From a virus (lineage: Duplodnaviria > Caudoviricetes), in IMG/VR virus record IMGVR_UViG_3300045413_000192, positions 1,077-65,076 of that record: a stretch of 64,000 nt of DNA. One strand, written 5' to 3'. The notes under the pieces are model-generated. The model saw only the letters and a list, made by a program, of their open reading frames with translations. It had not been told where the DNA came from and ran no database searches. This document shows positions 18,276-27,611 of the stretch, in pieces. Made by a program: the position numbers and the translations under genes. Each line of letters begins with the position of its first letter. Positions within the stretch are counted from its first letter, which is position 1.

Positions 18276-18559
18276 TTACTATCCTTGTACTTCTTGGCTG
18301 CAGCTTTAGCTTTACTGCGCTTTTCGTATTCGTCTTTAGTCATCCACTTTTCTTTTCCCCATTTTTCTAAGTCTTTTTGTTTCTCGCCCTTGCCACCTTT
18401 ATATCCACCGCCCGCTTCTTTATATTCTTGTGCTACAAGTTGAGCTTTACGTGCGCTCCACTGACCGGGTTTTCCGCCCTTGCTACTAGCCATAACGCGA
18501 TCTTTAATGCGTTCGCGTAGCTCAGGTTTTGTATATTTTGAATCTTCTTGGGCCATCAA
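18272..18559 (-). CDS. Small basic protein, N-terminal half of a DUF5872-like family
   Basis: YTKPELRERIK...KGGKPGQWSARKAQL...YK..GGGY.G.K...QK.L.KW.KE.W.T. Confidence 0.7.
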   Translation of the reverse strand: MMAQEDSKYTKPELRERIKDRVMASSKGGKPGQWSARKAQLVAQEYKEAGGGYKGGKGEKQKDLEKWGKEKWMTKDEYEKRSKAKAAAKKYKDSK

Positions 18560-19110
18560 TAAACCATTTTATTTTGGAATCCTTGTGGTGTAACTCTCGG
18601 GTCTATTGGAGCAGAGCGCATGCGCTTAAGTCCTTCGTATTCGGCCTTGTTTGCATCCAGGGGGGTTTGCAAACCTGGAAGCAAGATAGGTTTTCCGTAC
18701 ATGGGGTGTCCTGGAGGATAGGTAAGGTCCACTGCACCCTCCATGCCCCTGGGATAACGACCTTGAGCAACTAACTGACCAAGTTGAGGGCCCTCAAAAA
18801 ATTGAGCATTGGCAAGACCACCCATATTTCCTACGGCACCAGGGAAATTGCTGGAACCGAAGGGATTATTGACCACGCCCCCAGGAGTTGTGCCATAGCG
18901 TATGCCACCATCTTCACCACCATAACCACCTGGCACGGCAGGAAAAATATCTTTTAATTTTTGTTTGGTTTCCGGACGAAGCAAGCCGGGTTCCTTGGGA
19001 AAAAATGGAATATCGGAAGGAGCGCCTGGAAATAACTGACGTAAAGGAATGCCACCAGCAAAAAGATTACCGGGAGCGCCAGGGACGTTGCTTTCTCCGC
19101 CGTAAAACAT
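18556..19110 (-). CDS. G/P-rich hypothetical protein
   Basis: ORF preceded by a TAGAAT -10. Contains a repeated SN.PGA.GN. Confidence 0.6.
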   Translation of the reverse strand: MFYGGESNVPGAPGNLFAGGIPLRQLFPGAPSDIPFFPKEPGLLRPETKQKLKDIFPAVPGGYGGEDGGIRYGTTPGGVVNNPFGSSNFPGAVGNMGGLANAQFFEGPQLGQLVAQGRYPRGMEGAVDLTYPPGHPMYGKPILLPGLQTPLDANKAEYEGLKRMRSAPIDPRVTPQGFQNKMVY

Positions 19111-19132
19111 GTCTTTACTCTTTTTTTGTATT

Positions 19133-19315
19133 CTACTCTTCTATAACTTCGTAACCAGCAGAATCACTAACTTTGCTCAAAACAATGCCATTACCGCGAA
19201 CATCCCAATCAAGAACATCGCCTTCTTGCCAGCCCAATTCTTCAATTAATTCGTCGGGAAGAGTAATGAATTGTTCCCCGTTTTCGTCTTCTTCAACTTC
19301 AAGAATGTAACTCAT
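19133..19315 (-). CDS. AbrB/MazE/SpoVT-type DNA-binding protein
   Basis: FITLPDELIEELGWQEGDVLDW..GIVLSK, a swapped-hairpin signature. Confidence 0.8.
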   Translation of the reverse strand: MSYILEVEEDENGEQFITLPDELIEELGWQEGDVLDWDVRGNGIVLSKVSDSAGYEVIEE

Positions 19316-19605
19316 TTTGACAAAAGCTTTTCCATAAGCTTATCAAGCTTATCGTTGATCTGTCTAAAATTATTATGCATCTCCTGGATCTCACGCAGAA
19401 AGTCAACCTTTAAAACGTAGTCCAGGGGCATGCGGTTAATTTGATCTTCCAAAACATCAATCCTACATTTTTGTGAACCAGTGTAATCAAGCGCCTGTTG
19501 AACACGCTCCCTTTGTCTATCCAACAGTTTATTCGCAACCCAGGAACCTCCTGTAATTGCGGACACAACTGCCGTAATTGCTATAGCAAAATACTCTGGG
19601 CCCAC
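19312..19605 (-). CDS. Membrane-anchored coiled-coil protein (holin-like candidate)
   Basis: N-terminal hydrophobic helix, then a coiled coil ending ...YVLKVDF.R.......KLDKL. Confidence 0.6.
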   Translation of the reverse strand: MGPEYFAIAITAVVSAITGGSWVANKLLDRQRERVQQALDYTGSQKCRIDVLEDQINRMPLDYVLKVDFLREIQEMHNNFRQINDKLDKLMEKLLSK

Positions 19606-19632
19606 AACAAAAGCTTTTTCTTTATTCTAAAT

Positions 19633-21159
19633 TTAGTAATCAATATGCAGTTGACCTTTTCTTGCAAGTCCTGTAACAAGCCAGACCAAGGCGTCGACAC
19701 AATCGTCGTGACCACTGACACCAAAATTAGTAAGCTCCTCAAACATTGTTGTGAAGTTTCGAAAACGATTAAAAATTATTTTGCGGTCTTCAAACATCCC
19801 CATAATGCCACGAAAACGTGCCAGTTTATCTGCACGGAATCCTTTGACTGGATGCCAAATTAAATTGTAAAGACCTTCGTTGTTAAGGCAAACGCGTTTG
19901 AAGTCGGCCTCAAGAGAGGCCTGGTATTGAACAGCTTCTGACCAAATGTCGCACGTTGAATAAGTAGGAAAATAATTGCCGTTATCATCACGTCCAATTA
20001 CAGACCAATCATTAAGCAATTCTTTAAGAGCATCCAGTTTTTCCAGGTTGCCCATAACACGAATGCGCCTGTAATCAATAATATGAATGCGATCTCCAAT
20101 GCGACCGCCCAGAATCATAACTGTGTAGTCATTCTTTTCTCTAGTGCCAGCGGAAAGATCCACACCAATACCAAGGGTGTCAAACTCCGTTGAAATCTCA
20201 GCTTTAACAATCAATTCAGGCGCCAAAGATAGTTCATTTTGACGAACAATTTGGTTCATGTACTGGAACGAAAAGGCAATTGGTGCCTGACGTTTTTTCT
20301 CTTTAAGATATTCCAATGACCACATCTCGGGCCAATATGACTGTTCTTCACCTGTTCTGGAATCATTGTTGATAGCAGAAAGAACAATCTGCATCCAATT
20401 ATTTTGCTCATTAAATGTTGTGGCATGAATATCGTCATGTCTAAAGCGCGTACCAAGGCAAATGGCACGAGCACCTTCAAACATAGTGGGGGCAATCACC
20501 GCGTTCCAGTTTTCCTGCATCTGTTTTCGGATGTCAGGATTAGAAATATCTGCCGCAGATTTAATTGCGTCATCAATCATGACCAGGTGAGAACGCTTGG
20601 AAGTCACTGAACCTTTAAGGCCTGCAGCGCAAAGCGTAAACTGCTCGTCACCAGTAGTGTCAATGCCTGCAAATTTATGATCAATAGACCAGTATTCATT
20701 GCTGGTCACGTTTTTCATTAGGCGAACAGTAGGAAAAACTTCTTGATACCGTTTGCTTTCAATGATGCGTTTAATGGTTGCCGATTTGGACCGTGCAATA
20801 TCAACCGTATAAGACAAGTAAAGAACTTGTAGTGGAAGTTTTGCTTGGGTGTGGATGCCAATAGCCCAGGCAGTCAGCAAACCAAGGACCGTTGATTTAG
20901 CAGAACCCCGTGGAGCAAGAAGATCAATGTTGGGGCCAGCAATTCTAATAAGGCAAGCGCTATCTTCATTTGTAATGAAATGGCGATGCCATTCTTTATG
21001 GTGTTCCGCCGGTGGTTTATCTGCAACGTACTCACAAAAATATGCAAAATCTTCCCGCGCTAGCGCCAAAGCATCTGCATTGCGTGGCGCACGGATTTGT
21101 TGGCGACGTGCCGCTGCCTTTGCATTACGACGATAGGCAAGATGCGTATAGCTAGGCAC
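19633..21159 (-). CDS. terL: Terminase large subunit
   Basis: Walker A-like LAPRGSAKST, Walker B LVMIDD, coupling motif GTR, RNase H-type GVDL..DYT and HDDCVDAL. Confidence 0.93.
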   Translation of the reverse strand: MPSYTHLAYRRNAKAAARRQQIRAPRNADALALAREDFAYFCEYVADKPPAEHHKEWHRHFITNEDSACLIRIAGPNIDLLAPRGSAKSTVLGLLTAWAIGIHTQAKLPLQVLYLSYTVDIARSKSATIKRIIESKRYQEVFPTVRLMKNVTSNEYWSIDHKFAGIDTTGDEQFTLCAAGLKGSVTSKRSHLVMIDDAIKSAADISNPDIRKQMQENWNAVIAPTMFEGARAICLGTRFRHDDIHATTFNEQNNWMQIVLSAINNDSRTGEEQSYWPEMWSLEYLKEKKRQAPIAFSFQYMNQIVRQNELSLAPELIVKAEISTEFDTLGIGVDLSAGTREKNDYTVMILGGRIGDRIHIIDYRRIRVMGNLEKLDALKELLNDWSVIGRDDNGNYFPTYSTCDIWSEAVQYQASLEADFKRVCLNNEGLYNLIWHPVKGFRADKLARFRGIMGMFEDRKIIFNRFRNFTTMFEELTNFGVSGHDDCVDALVWLVTGLARKGQLHIDY

Positions 21160-21191
21160 GATAACAATTCAGATAGCAACTGAATGCTATC

Positions 21192-21356
21192 TTATTTTTG
21201 CTCTTGTTTGTTCTTTTTTTGTTCTTGATATTTACGCGCTTTATCTAAAGCGGCTTTACGTTTTTCTTTATCTGACATTTCAGAGCCATCTTCTTTCTTG
21301 GCTTCTTTCTTCTTGAAATGCTCCAGGAGTTCTGGAGGCATTTTACCCTTAGCCAT
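21192..21356 (-). CDS. Small K/E-rich protein (54 aa)
   Basis: MAKGKMPPELLEHFKKKEAKKEDG..., coupled to the upstream stop. Confidence 0.6.
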   Translation of the reverse strand: MAKGKMPPELLEHFKKKEAKKEDGSEMSDKEKRKAALDKARKYQEQKKNKQEQK

Positions 21357-21631
21357 CAGCGTCGACCACGCATACGAGCGATAGCCATTTGATATTCGGG
21401 AGAGCCGGGCTCGGGGAACCGGTTGGCGCGGCCAGGGCCAAATTCGATACCGCCGCGAGAAGGCATTGCCTCTACTTGCGTAACACTTGGCCCAACACCC
21501 GGGAACATAGATGCTTCACCGGTTTGTGGCGCAGTTTCTCTTTGACGGATACTTTCTTGACGCATCCGCATTCCTTCACGAGCCATTTGGCGTTGGCGAG
21601 GATCCACCATGTTTCCTTGTTTGGCGCCCAT
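21356..21631 (-). CDS. Hypothetical protein
   Basis: Likely starts at MGAKQGN (21631). R/M-rich. Confidence 0.55.
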   Translation of the reverse strand: MGAKQGNMVDPRQRQMAREGMRMRQESIRQRETAPQTGEASMFPGVGPSVTQVEAMPSRGGIEFGPGRANRFPEPGSPEYQMAIARMRGRR

Positions 21632-21668
21632 TGATATAAATGTTTTATTTATAACTATCTTAACTGAA

Positions 21669-22286
21669 TTATTCTTCGAGTTGCATGCGCGCCCATACAC
21701 TCATTGTTGCCTCTTCCAAGGGTATTTCAATTGGATCATCTTTAAAAATAAACATCAACTCACGAATGGCACGATCAGCCCCCGCCATTAATAAACCCTT
21801 GCGATCTTTGGTGTTGGTAAACTTTTCAATTTGATCAATATGGCCTCTAATTTCTTTCTGCATAGAAGCAATACGTGCAACTCCGGCATCACGTTTAACG
21901 ACGCCATTTTCTACGTCTTCGCGCAGCTTACGAACATCCTCCTGCATCTCATCAATTTCATACAGAAGTTTCTTGCGGTGATCAGGTTTTTTATAATTGT
22001 CTTTGACCCAAAGCTCGCACGCAGTAATTGTCCCCTTGTAACCAAGGAAACGCGAGTAAAGATAAATTTCAATCAAAGAGTAATTATCTGCAGAAAAAGC
22101 ACAGAATGATTCTTGGGTTGATGCGTCTAAATTATCAACCCACGAATCAAATAACTCAATATCGATAAGCTCGTTGGGCCTGGCCGTAGTCCCTGGCTTC
22201 GTCCCGTTCTTTAAATTGCTGCGATTGCTCTGCGGAAGTGCGCTGCTCTTTTGCACCTTTGCCGATGGTTTCTCGTTCTTGTTCAC
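21669..22286 (-). CDS. Helical protein, terminase small subunit candidate (start uncertain)
   Basis: Helical/coiled-coil ORF upstream of terL. Its 5' part overlaps the preceding gene. Confidence 0.5.
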   Translation of the reverse strand: MNKNEKPSAKVQKSSALPQSNRSNLKNGTKPGTTARPNELIDIELFDSWVDNLDASTQESFCAFSADNYSLIEIYLYSRFLGYKGTITACELWVKDNYKKPDHRKKLLYEIDEMQEDVRKLREDVENGVVKRDAGVARIASMQKEIRGHIDQIEKFTNTKDRKGLLMAGADRAIRELMFIFKDDPIEIPLEEATMSVWARMQLEE

Positions 22287-22404
22287 CAGCAGTCTCCATT
22301 TTCTTCTTGGAAAATTCGTAGGCCACGCCAGCAGCCTGACGGTATTTGCCTAGGTCGAACCAATCATCGACATCGACTTGTCCGGCGGGAACACTGCTGG
22401 TCAT
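22156..22404 (-). CDS. Small protein, distant paralogue of the two upstream copies
   Basis: MTSSVPAGQVDVDDWFDLGKY versus MTYTAPAGQSAGDDYFDINKF. Confidence 0.7.
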   Translation of the reverse strand: MTSSVPAGQVDVDDWFDLGKYRQAAGVAYEFSKKKMETAGEQERETIGKGAKEQRTSAEQSQQFKERDEARDYGQAQRAYRY

Positions 22405-22428
22405 GGCGTCATGAAAATAACCTATAAA

Positions 22429-22608
22429 TCAGAAGTTGCTCATCATGGAAGCAAGGCCTTGGGCGAAAATATCGCGACGACCTTCGGTTGACTTTTGACG
22501 TTGTTGACGACCCTTGGAGGCCTCCAGGCGCTCAAGCAACTGTTCAAACTTATTGATGTCAAAGTAGTCATCACCGGCGCTTTGGCCAGCAGGAGCAGTG
22601 TAAGTCAT
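22429..22608 (-). CDS. 59-aa protein, tandem copy 2
   Basis: MTYTAPAGQSAGDDYFDINKFEQLLERLEASKGRQQRQKSTEGRRDIFAQGLASMMSNF. Confidence 0.75.
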   Translation of the reverse strand: MTYTAPAGQSAGDDYFDINKFEQLLERLEASKGRQQRQKSTEGRRDIFAQGLASMMSNF

Positions 22609-22624
22609 GAAAATAACCTATAAA

Positions 22625-22804
22625 TCAGAAGTTGCTCATCATGGAAGCAAGGCCTTGGGCGAAAATATCGCGACGACCTTCGGTTGACTTTTGACGTTGT
22701 TGACGACCCTTGGAGGCCTCCAGGCGCGACAATAGTTGTTCAAACTTATTGATGTCAAAGTAGTCATCACCGGCGCTTTGGCCAGCAGGTGCGGTGTAGG
22801 TCAT
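22625..22804 (-). CDS. 59-aa protein, tandem copy 1
   Basis: Same protein with one substitution (LLSRL). TATAAT -10 at 22827-22832. Confidence 0.75.
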   Translation of the reverse strand: MTYTAPAGQSAGDDYFDINKFEQLLSRLEASKGRQQRQKSTEGRRDIFAQGLASMMSNF

Positions 22805-22846
22805 TTACGGTTTAAGCACTAACGTAATTATATCAAGCACATTCTT

Positions 22847-23734
22847 TTAGAAACTGAATGCGCCAACAAGTTCCTTATACAAATTACCCTGAGCAGAAAT
22901 TTTAGCAATTTCTTTTCCACCTTCATTTTTTAATTTTTGAACTTCTTTATCAATCTCACCTTGAAGATTAGTCAAGCCAGCACCGTATAAATACTTACGC
23001 GTTTCACGAGCATTTTGAAGTTGTTCTTCAATTTCGGCTGGAGTACCCTGGAACTTGTCAGCAAAAATCGGAAGCTGAACACCTGCACGCGTCTTGGTTG
23101 TTTCCGCATAAGTCGGAAGCAAGTTTTTGTCAAACGTAAAGGTGCGTTTGCCTGTTTTTTTACCAGCCACATCAACACCTTGTTTACCAAACATGGTGTC
23201 GTAATAATTGTCCAGATAGCTTTGGTTAAATTTATCTTGATACTCTTGGCTCTTGGCAAGTGAGTCGCGAAGATCTTGAACAGAACTGTAGTAGCCCTGT
23301 TGGAATCGCTCCATAGCTTTACCTTTCTCTTCCTCCGTTGCTTGACGCCCTAAAAGTTCTTCGTAAGCAGCACTAACACCTGTAGTGCGGCGCCCGGGAA
23401 GAAGCTCTTCTGTATAAACTTTAGTTAAATTAGCAACATCCTGTTCAGGCGGAGCGAGTTCGTACTTAGAAGCAAAGTCACGCAGTTGACCCGTAGCGTC
23501 CGAATATGTAATTAAACCTTGGCGCAGCTGTGATTCAAGCCCTGTACGAAGACCTGAGTAACCTGCGGCACCAGCTGCTTTACGCGCTTCTTCTTTCGCT
23601 GTTGCTTCTTTCTTCTCTTGCGCAGCGCGTTCCTCTGCAGCAGTTTCTTTCCGTTGTTGATATTCAAGATATTTCGCAAACGTATTATCCGGCGGCGGTG
23701 GGTTATATGTAACTCGAGTTCCTCCTCCTCCCAT
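22847..23734 (-). CDS. Putative internal virion/ejection protein
   Basis: MGGGG..PPPP N-terminus. Helical and A/Q/E-rich. Confidence 0.6.
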   Translation of the reverse strand: MGGGGTRVTYNPPPPDNTFAKYLEYQQRKETAAEERAAQEKKEATAKEEARKAAGAAGYSGLRTGLESQLRQGLITYSDATGQLRDFASKYELAPPEQDVANLTKVYTEELLPGRRTTGVSAAYEELLGRQATEEEKGKAMERFQQGYYSSVQDLRDSLAKSQEYQDKFNQSYLDNYYDTMFGKQGVDVAGKKTGKRTFTFDKNLLPTYAETTKTRAGVQLPIFADKFQGTPAEIEEQLQNARETRKYLYGAGLTNLQGEIDKEVQKLKNEGGKEIAKISAQGNLYKELVGAFSF

Positions 23735-23745
23735 GGCTTACCTCC

Positions 23746-24321
23746 TTATACAAAATAAGTGCCCACTTCCCGTGGAGCAATACGACCAAACATACCAGCC
23801 ATAGTGGCTTCTTTTTCAGCCAAAGAACGTTTTAAGGCTTCACGGTTTTCCCGTTGGCGTAATTCACGTGCTTCAGCGGAGTCTTCAAAACCAGTTAATG
23901 CTCGACGAAAATCTATTTCTTGAGCACGTTTACGTTCTGCAAGAGGACCGGTTTCAAACATGGCCGCTTCTTTTTCACGGCCAAAAGCAATGTCCCCACC
24001 TGCGCCAGCGGCAAAGAGGGGGCCAAACATGCTAGAAGCCAGTGCCCCTTTTGCTTGCTCACGCCCTTCCATAATTGCTGCATTTTGGGCAGCAAGTTGA
24101 GCCTGTGCAATATTGGCGGAAGTAGCAGCTTGATTAAGGCCGCCTAAAAAGTTAAACCCAGAACTAAGGGCGCCAAGGCCAAGAAGAGTGGGATCAAACA
24201 TACTTTTGCCTGCTACGTTGCTGCTCGCTCGGCCGCCAAAAAAATTAGTGTTTTTAAATTTTGGATCAAAGCCACTAACAAAACTTGAACCAAAGCCAAT
24301 ATTAGTATCAAATACTGACAT
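23746..24321 (-). CDS. Putative internal virion/ejection protein
   Basis: Hydrophobic G-rich segment followed by A/Q helices, similar in composition to podovirus gp14-like proteins. Confidence 0.55.
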   Translation of the reverse strand: MSVFDTNIGFGSSFVSGFDPKFKNTNFFGGRASSNVAGKSMFDPTLLGLGALSSGFNFLGGLNQAATSANIAQAQLAAQNAAIMEGREQAKGALASSMFGPLFAAGAGGDIAFGREKEAAMFETGPLAERKRAQEIDFRRALTGFEDSAEARELRQRENREALKRSLAEKEATMAGMFGRIAPREVGTYFV

Positions 24322-24330
24322 AAATTCATT

Positions 24331-24720
24331 CTAACTAAGGTAGCTCCGGGGCTGGAACTGATAAGAAGCAAATGCAGGTCGTGGATAGGCCTGCAAAGTG
24401 GCGTTATAAGCATCAGTAATACTACGTGCGCCCAAAACATTCATTGCAGCTTGATTGCCAAACGCTTGTGAAATTGTTTCGGGAATACTAAATAACATTT
24501 TATATTTACCTGCTTCTTTCATGCGTTCTTTGTCAAACTCAGAAGCAAGTTCTAGTCTCTCTTTTATAACTTTTGGATCACTAAAGCGGTCAATTAAACC
24601 AGTCAACGTCTCAAGGTCAGTTGAACCCATGCGACGGTTTAGCAGCACTTCAAACGCTTTGCCTCGTGCTGCATCTGGAAGTCCTTGCGTTGATTGCCAT
24701 ATAGCGCGAACGTCAAACAT
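24331..24720 (-). CDS. Hypothetical virion protein
   Basis: Likely starts at MFDVRAIWQ (24720), after the upstream stop. Confidence 0.55.
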   Translation of the reverse strand: MFDVRAIWQSTQGLPDAARGKAFEVLLNRRMGSTDLETLTGLIDRFSDPKVIKERLELASEFDKERMKEAGKYKMLFSIPETISQAFGNQAAMNVLGARSITDAYNATLQAYPRPAFASYQFQPRSYLS

Positions 24721-24733
24721 GTCGTCCACCAGA

Positions 24734-25864
24734 TTAACCCCTGTATTGGAATGCAGAAGCAGCGTAAGGATTAGAAGAGGCAAGTATATCGCGCACAGTT
24801 TGACCAGCTTGTTGTTGGGCACCACCAGCAAGCTGAGCAGTATACATTTGACGATTTAAAGCACCAGTAAGCTGACCAAGTTGTTGGTTAAGTTGCATTT
24901 GATTTTGCAAGTCAACTCCACGATATTGTTGATACACGGGAAGCATTTCTTCAGCGGTTTTAACATTACCACGGCGAAGAAGCTCTGCAACTTCCATATC
25001 TTTTGCAGAAAGATTGGAAACACCGCCGCCTAATAAACCTGATTGACCTTCTTCTCTTTTTTGACCGGTAACCGCTTCAACAGCTTTAGCTGCGCCACCA
25101 GCGAGACCCTTAACAACATTTCCACCAATTATAGAACCGCCAATAGCGCCAAGAGGACCAAAAGCACTGCCGATGACGCCGCCAGCAACGTTACCTATTG
25201 CGCCAAGGGGATCGCCTTGCATTAAGGCAATACCGCCACCAATAAGAGGTGAATAGCGGCCAGCGAGGGCAAGAGCACCTCCTCGCAAAGTTGTTCGACC
25301 TGTTTGTTGTAAAATATTTCGTCCCAAGTTACTTGCCCTTGCTTGGGTGCGCATACCAGCAAGATTGATCCCGGGACCACCACTACCGGGACCCGGGCCT
25401 GGAGAAGGGGCCGCTGAGCCGGTAGCAGGGGGGCGGCCGCCGCCACCACCACCAGCGCCAGAACCACCCCCAGCACCAGTAATGGGCACACCCCCACGCG
25501 TAGCAGCGCCACCACCAACATCTCCTGTAAGGGTGCCTCTACCAGGACCGGCTGGAGAATTGGCAACAGAACCTGTAAGGCGAACCCCGCCAGTGCCAGC
25601 TGGAGCATTTGCACCAGCAGAGCCTGTCGTCATCGGGTTCATTCCAACGTCACCCGTAACAGGAGTGCCTTGAGCAGGAGTACCGCCACCTAAACCCAAA
25701 AAGTTAAAGACCGAGTTTAAGAGCTGTTCGAACAGGGTGGGATCATTTTGTGCTTGCTGCACAACTCGTTTTACTTCCTCGGGGTCCATGGAAGCGCCAC
25801 GGAAAGTTGCAGGATCATCCAGGGGATTTAACCTGGAGCTAGGCCCTTGATCTGCCATATCCAT
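24734..25864 (-). CDS. Glycine-rich putative ejection protein
   Basis: G/P low-complexity linker, glycine-zipper hydrophobic stretch and Q-rich C-terminal helix. Confidence 0.65.
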   Translation of the reverse strand: MDMADQGPSSRLNPLDDPATFRGASMDPEEVKRVVQQAQNDPTLFEQLLNSVFNFLGLGGGTPAQGTPVTGDVGMNPMTTGSAGANAPAGTGGVRLTGSVANSPAGPGRGTLTGDVGGGAATRGGVPITGAGGGSGAGGGGGGRPPATGSAAPSPGPGPGSGGPGINLAGMRTQARASNLGRNILQQTGRTTLRGGALALAGRYSPLIGGGIALMQGDPLGAIGNVAGGVIGSAFGPLGAIGGSIIGGNVVKGLAGGAAKAVEAVTGQKREEGQSGLLGGGVSNLSAKDMEVAELLRRGNVKTAEEMLPVYQQYRGVDLQNQMQLNQQLGQLTGALNRQMYTAQLAGGAQQQAGQTVRDILASSNPYAASAFQYRG

Positions 25865-25986
25865 TCATATTTGTATAGTTAAATTTTATCAGCAGTTGTT
25901 TTGAAACGTTTTAAATTAAACGCTTTGTTGGTACTTAGCTGTACTACTATTAATACCTCTATTTGTAAATTCTATCAGTGTAAAAC

Positions 25987-27024
25987 TTAATTCATTGGTA
26001 ATTGAGTTTCTGTCTGTTTTGCCGCCAAGGCTTGATTAGCAAGAAGACCAATCATTGCACCAGCGGCCGAGCCAACTGCACCTCCAGCTAATCCACGACG
26101 CAGTGCAGGACCTGTTCTGGGAGCTGTTCCAGAACTTGCCTCTTTCGCAAGTTGCGGTGTAATGCGAGTAGTAGTAACTTCTTTAACGTCTTGCGGTAAT
26201 AAAGAACGTTGTTTGATTTTAGTCACTGTTGGTGCACTTGTCACTCCAAAACGAGCACCTGCGATCCCCCCAGCCAGTGCTGTAACAGAAGGAATGCTGA
26301 CTGGATACCCAAGGATGCGCGCCTCCGGGTCTCCCTGTAAGTTTTCCCCTGTGAACTTAACTAAACCAATTGTTGCCTGGCCTACGGGATCTGGATTGTT
26401 ATACAAAAAATTCATATAATTTGCATAACGTGCTTTAGTTAGATCTGGAATTTCTTGTTTTGCTTTTTCGAATGCCAATGGTCTTCCAATACGTCCTTGG
26501 AAAAAACGGTGAAACAGTTCAGCGCCAGGCTGCGTTGTTTTTGTTGGATCTTCTTCAGAAGGAATATTCTGTTTGTAACCGGTCGGACGCCCTAGCTCTG
26601 TAATGTTTAAGGGATTGTAAGCACCAGTTAAAGCAATTGCTGGTTGCACAGCCGCAAGACCAAGCAGTCCTCGTCCATAGGGTCCCAGTTGATCTTGTGG
26701 ATCGACTACACGCTGCATTGCTTCATCAGCAATAGCGAGCGGATTATTGATGCGCCAGTAAAATCGACGTGTTTCATCAGCACTGATATCGCCAAGTAAA
26801 CGAGTAGCATATGCCCCTGCAAAAGCAAGTGGTGCCTTACCTGCTGTAATACCTGCTTGCGTTAAGCCTGCCTTGAATTCTGGGTCATAAAAAACATTGC
26901 GACCATAATTTAAACGCTCTGTTCCTAACTGACCCATCAACTGACTGGCTACTTGATAGCCGCCAGCAAGACCTTGGAAAAAACGCTGAAACAGTTCAGT
27001 GCCAGGCACTTGTGGTTTAGCCAT
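25987..27024 (-). CDS. Putative virion protein with glycine-zipper segments
   Basis: 345 aa with GxxxG hydrophobic segments. Confidence 0.65.
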   Translation of the reverse strand: MAKPQVPGTELFQRFFQGLAGGYQVASQLMGQLGTERLNYGRNVFYDPEFKAGLTQAGITAGKAPLAFAGAYATRLLGDISADETRRFYWRINNPLAIADEAMQRVVDPQDQLGPYGRGLLGLAAVQPAIALTGAYNPLNITELGRPTGYKQNIPSEEDPTKTTQPGAELFHRFFQGRIGRPLAFEKAKQEIPDLTKARYANYMNFLYNNPDPVGQATIGLVKFTGENLQGDPEARILGYPVSIPSVTALAGGIAGARFGVTSAPTVTKIKQRSLLPQDVKEVTTTRITPQLAKEASSGTAPRTGPALRRGLAGGAVGSAAGAMIGLLANQALAAKQTETQLPMN

Positions 27025-27578
27025 CAGACCAATCCCTGTTGCATTTGACGCACCACATCAGGAGGCAATGTTATTCCGGGATAATGAAAAGTTTGTTCAA
27101 TGCCTTGCATTTGGAATTGTGTGCCAGGAGCCAAAGCTTGTTGTTGAAGATTATTTACGACTTGTCGCTGTAAAGATTGTTGATAGATTTGTTGTTCTTG
27201 TGAAACATTGGACGGCTCAACAGTTGCAGCTTGTTTTATTAGTTGACCTTGCGTTAACAAGTCAACCAAAGGCATGGATGCAAACGAACCGGCAACATTG
27301 ACAACATTTTCAACAGCTGACGGTTGTGTGATTTGTTTGGTAATCATCTCACCGGCACGACTTTTGTAAGTCATGGTGGCAGGTGTACCAGGAAAATATT
27401 TTTTTGCAGCACGTAAAAGTGGATAATTTAAAAGAAAATCACCCGCACCATATGCTGCCCCAGCTACTGGACCCATGGATATAGTTCCGATGGCGGCATT
27501 AAGCGCAGCCCCGGGTAATGCCGCTTTTGCAGCAGCACGAGAAGCTTGTCCCAACAATAACTTCTCTAGTCCCTTCAA
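27024..27578 (-). CDS. Putative virion protein
   Basis: A-rich hydrophobic N-terminus and Q-rich C-terminus. Confidence 0.6.
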   Translation of the reverse strand: MKGLEKLLLGQASRAAAKAALPGAALNAAIGTISMGPVAGAAYGAGDFLLNYPLLRAAKKYFPGTPATMTYKSRAGEMITKQITQPSAVENVVNVAGSFASMPLVDLLTQGQLIKQAATVEPSNVSQEQQIYQQSLQRQVVNNLQQQALAPGTQFQMQGIEQTFHYPGITLPPDVVRQMQQGLV

Positions 27579-27611
27579 CGTCTATGCTTTAATTCTCTTT
27601 TTATTCTACGT

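Larger units (their letters stand above)
22409..22804. repeat. 196-nt tandem duplication of gene plus spacer
   Basis: Near-identical units offset by 196 nt. Confidence 0.9.

Noticed and set aside
22409-22804. Diversity-generating retroelement TR/VR pair
   Set aside because: Both units are complete genes, the differences are not adenine-specific, and there is no reverse transcriptase in the window.
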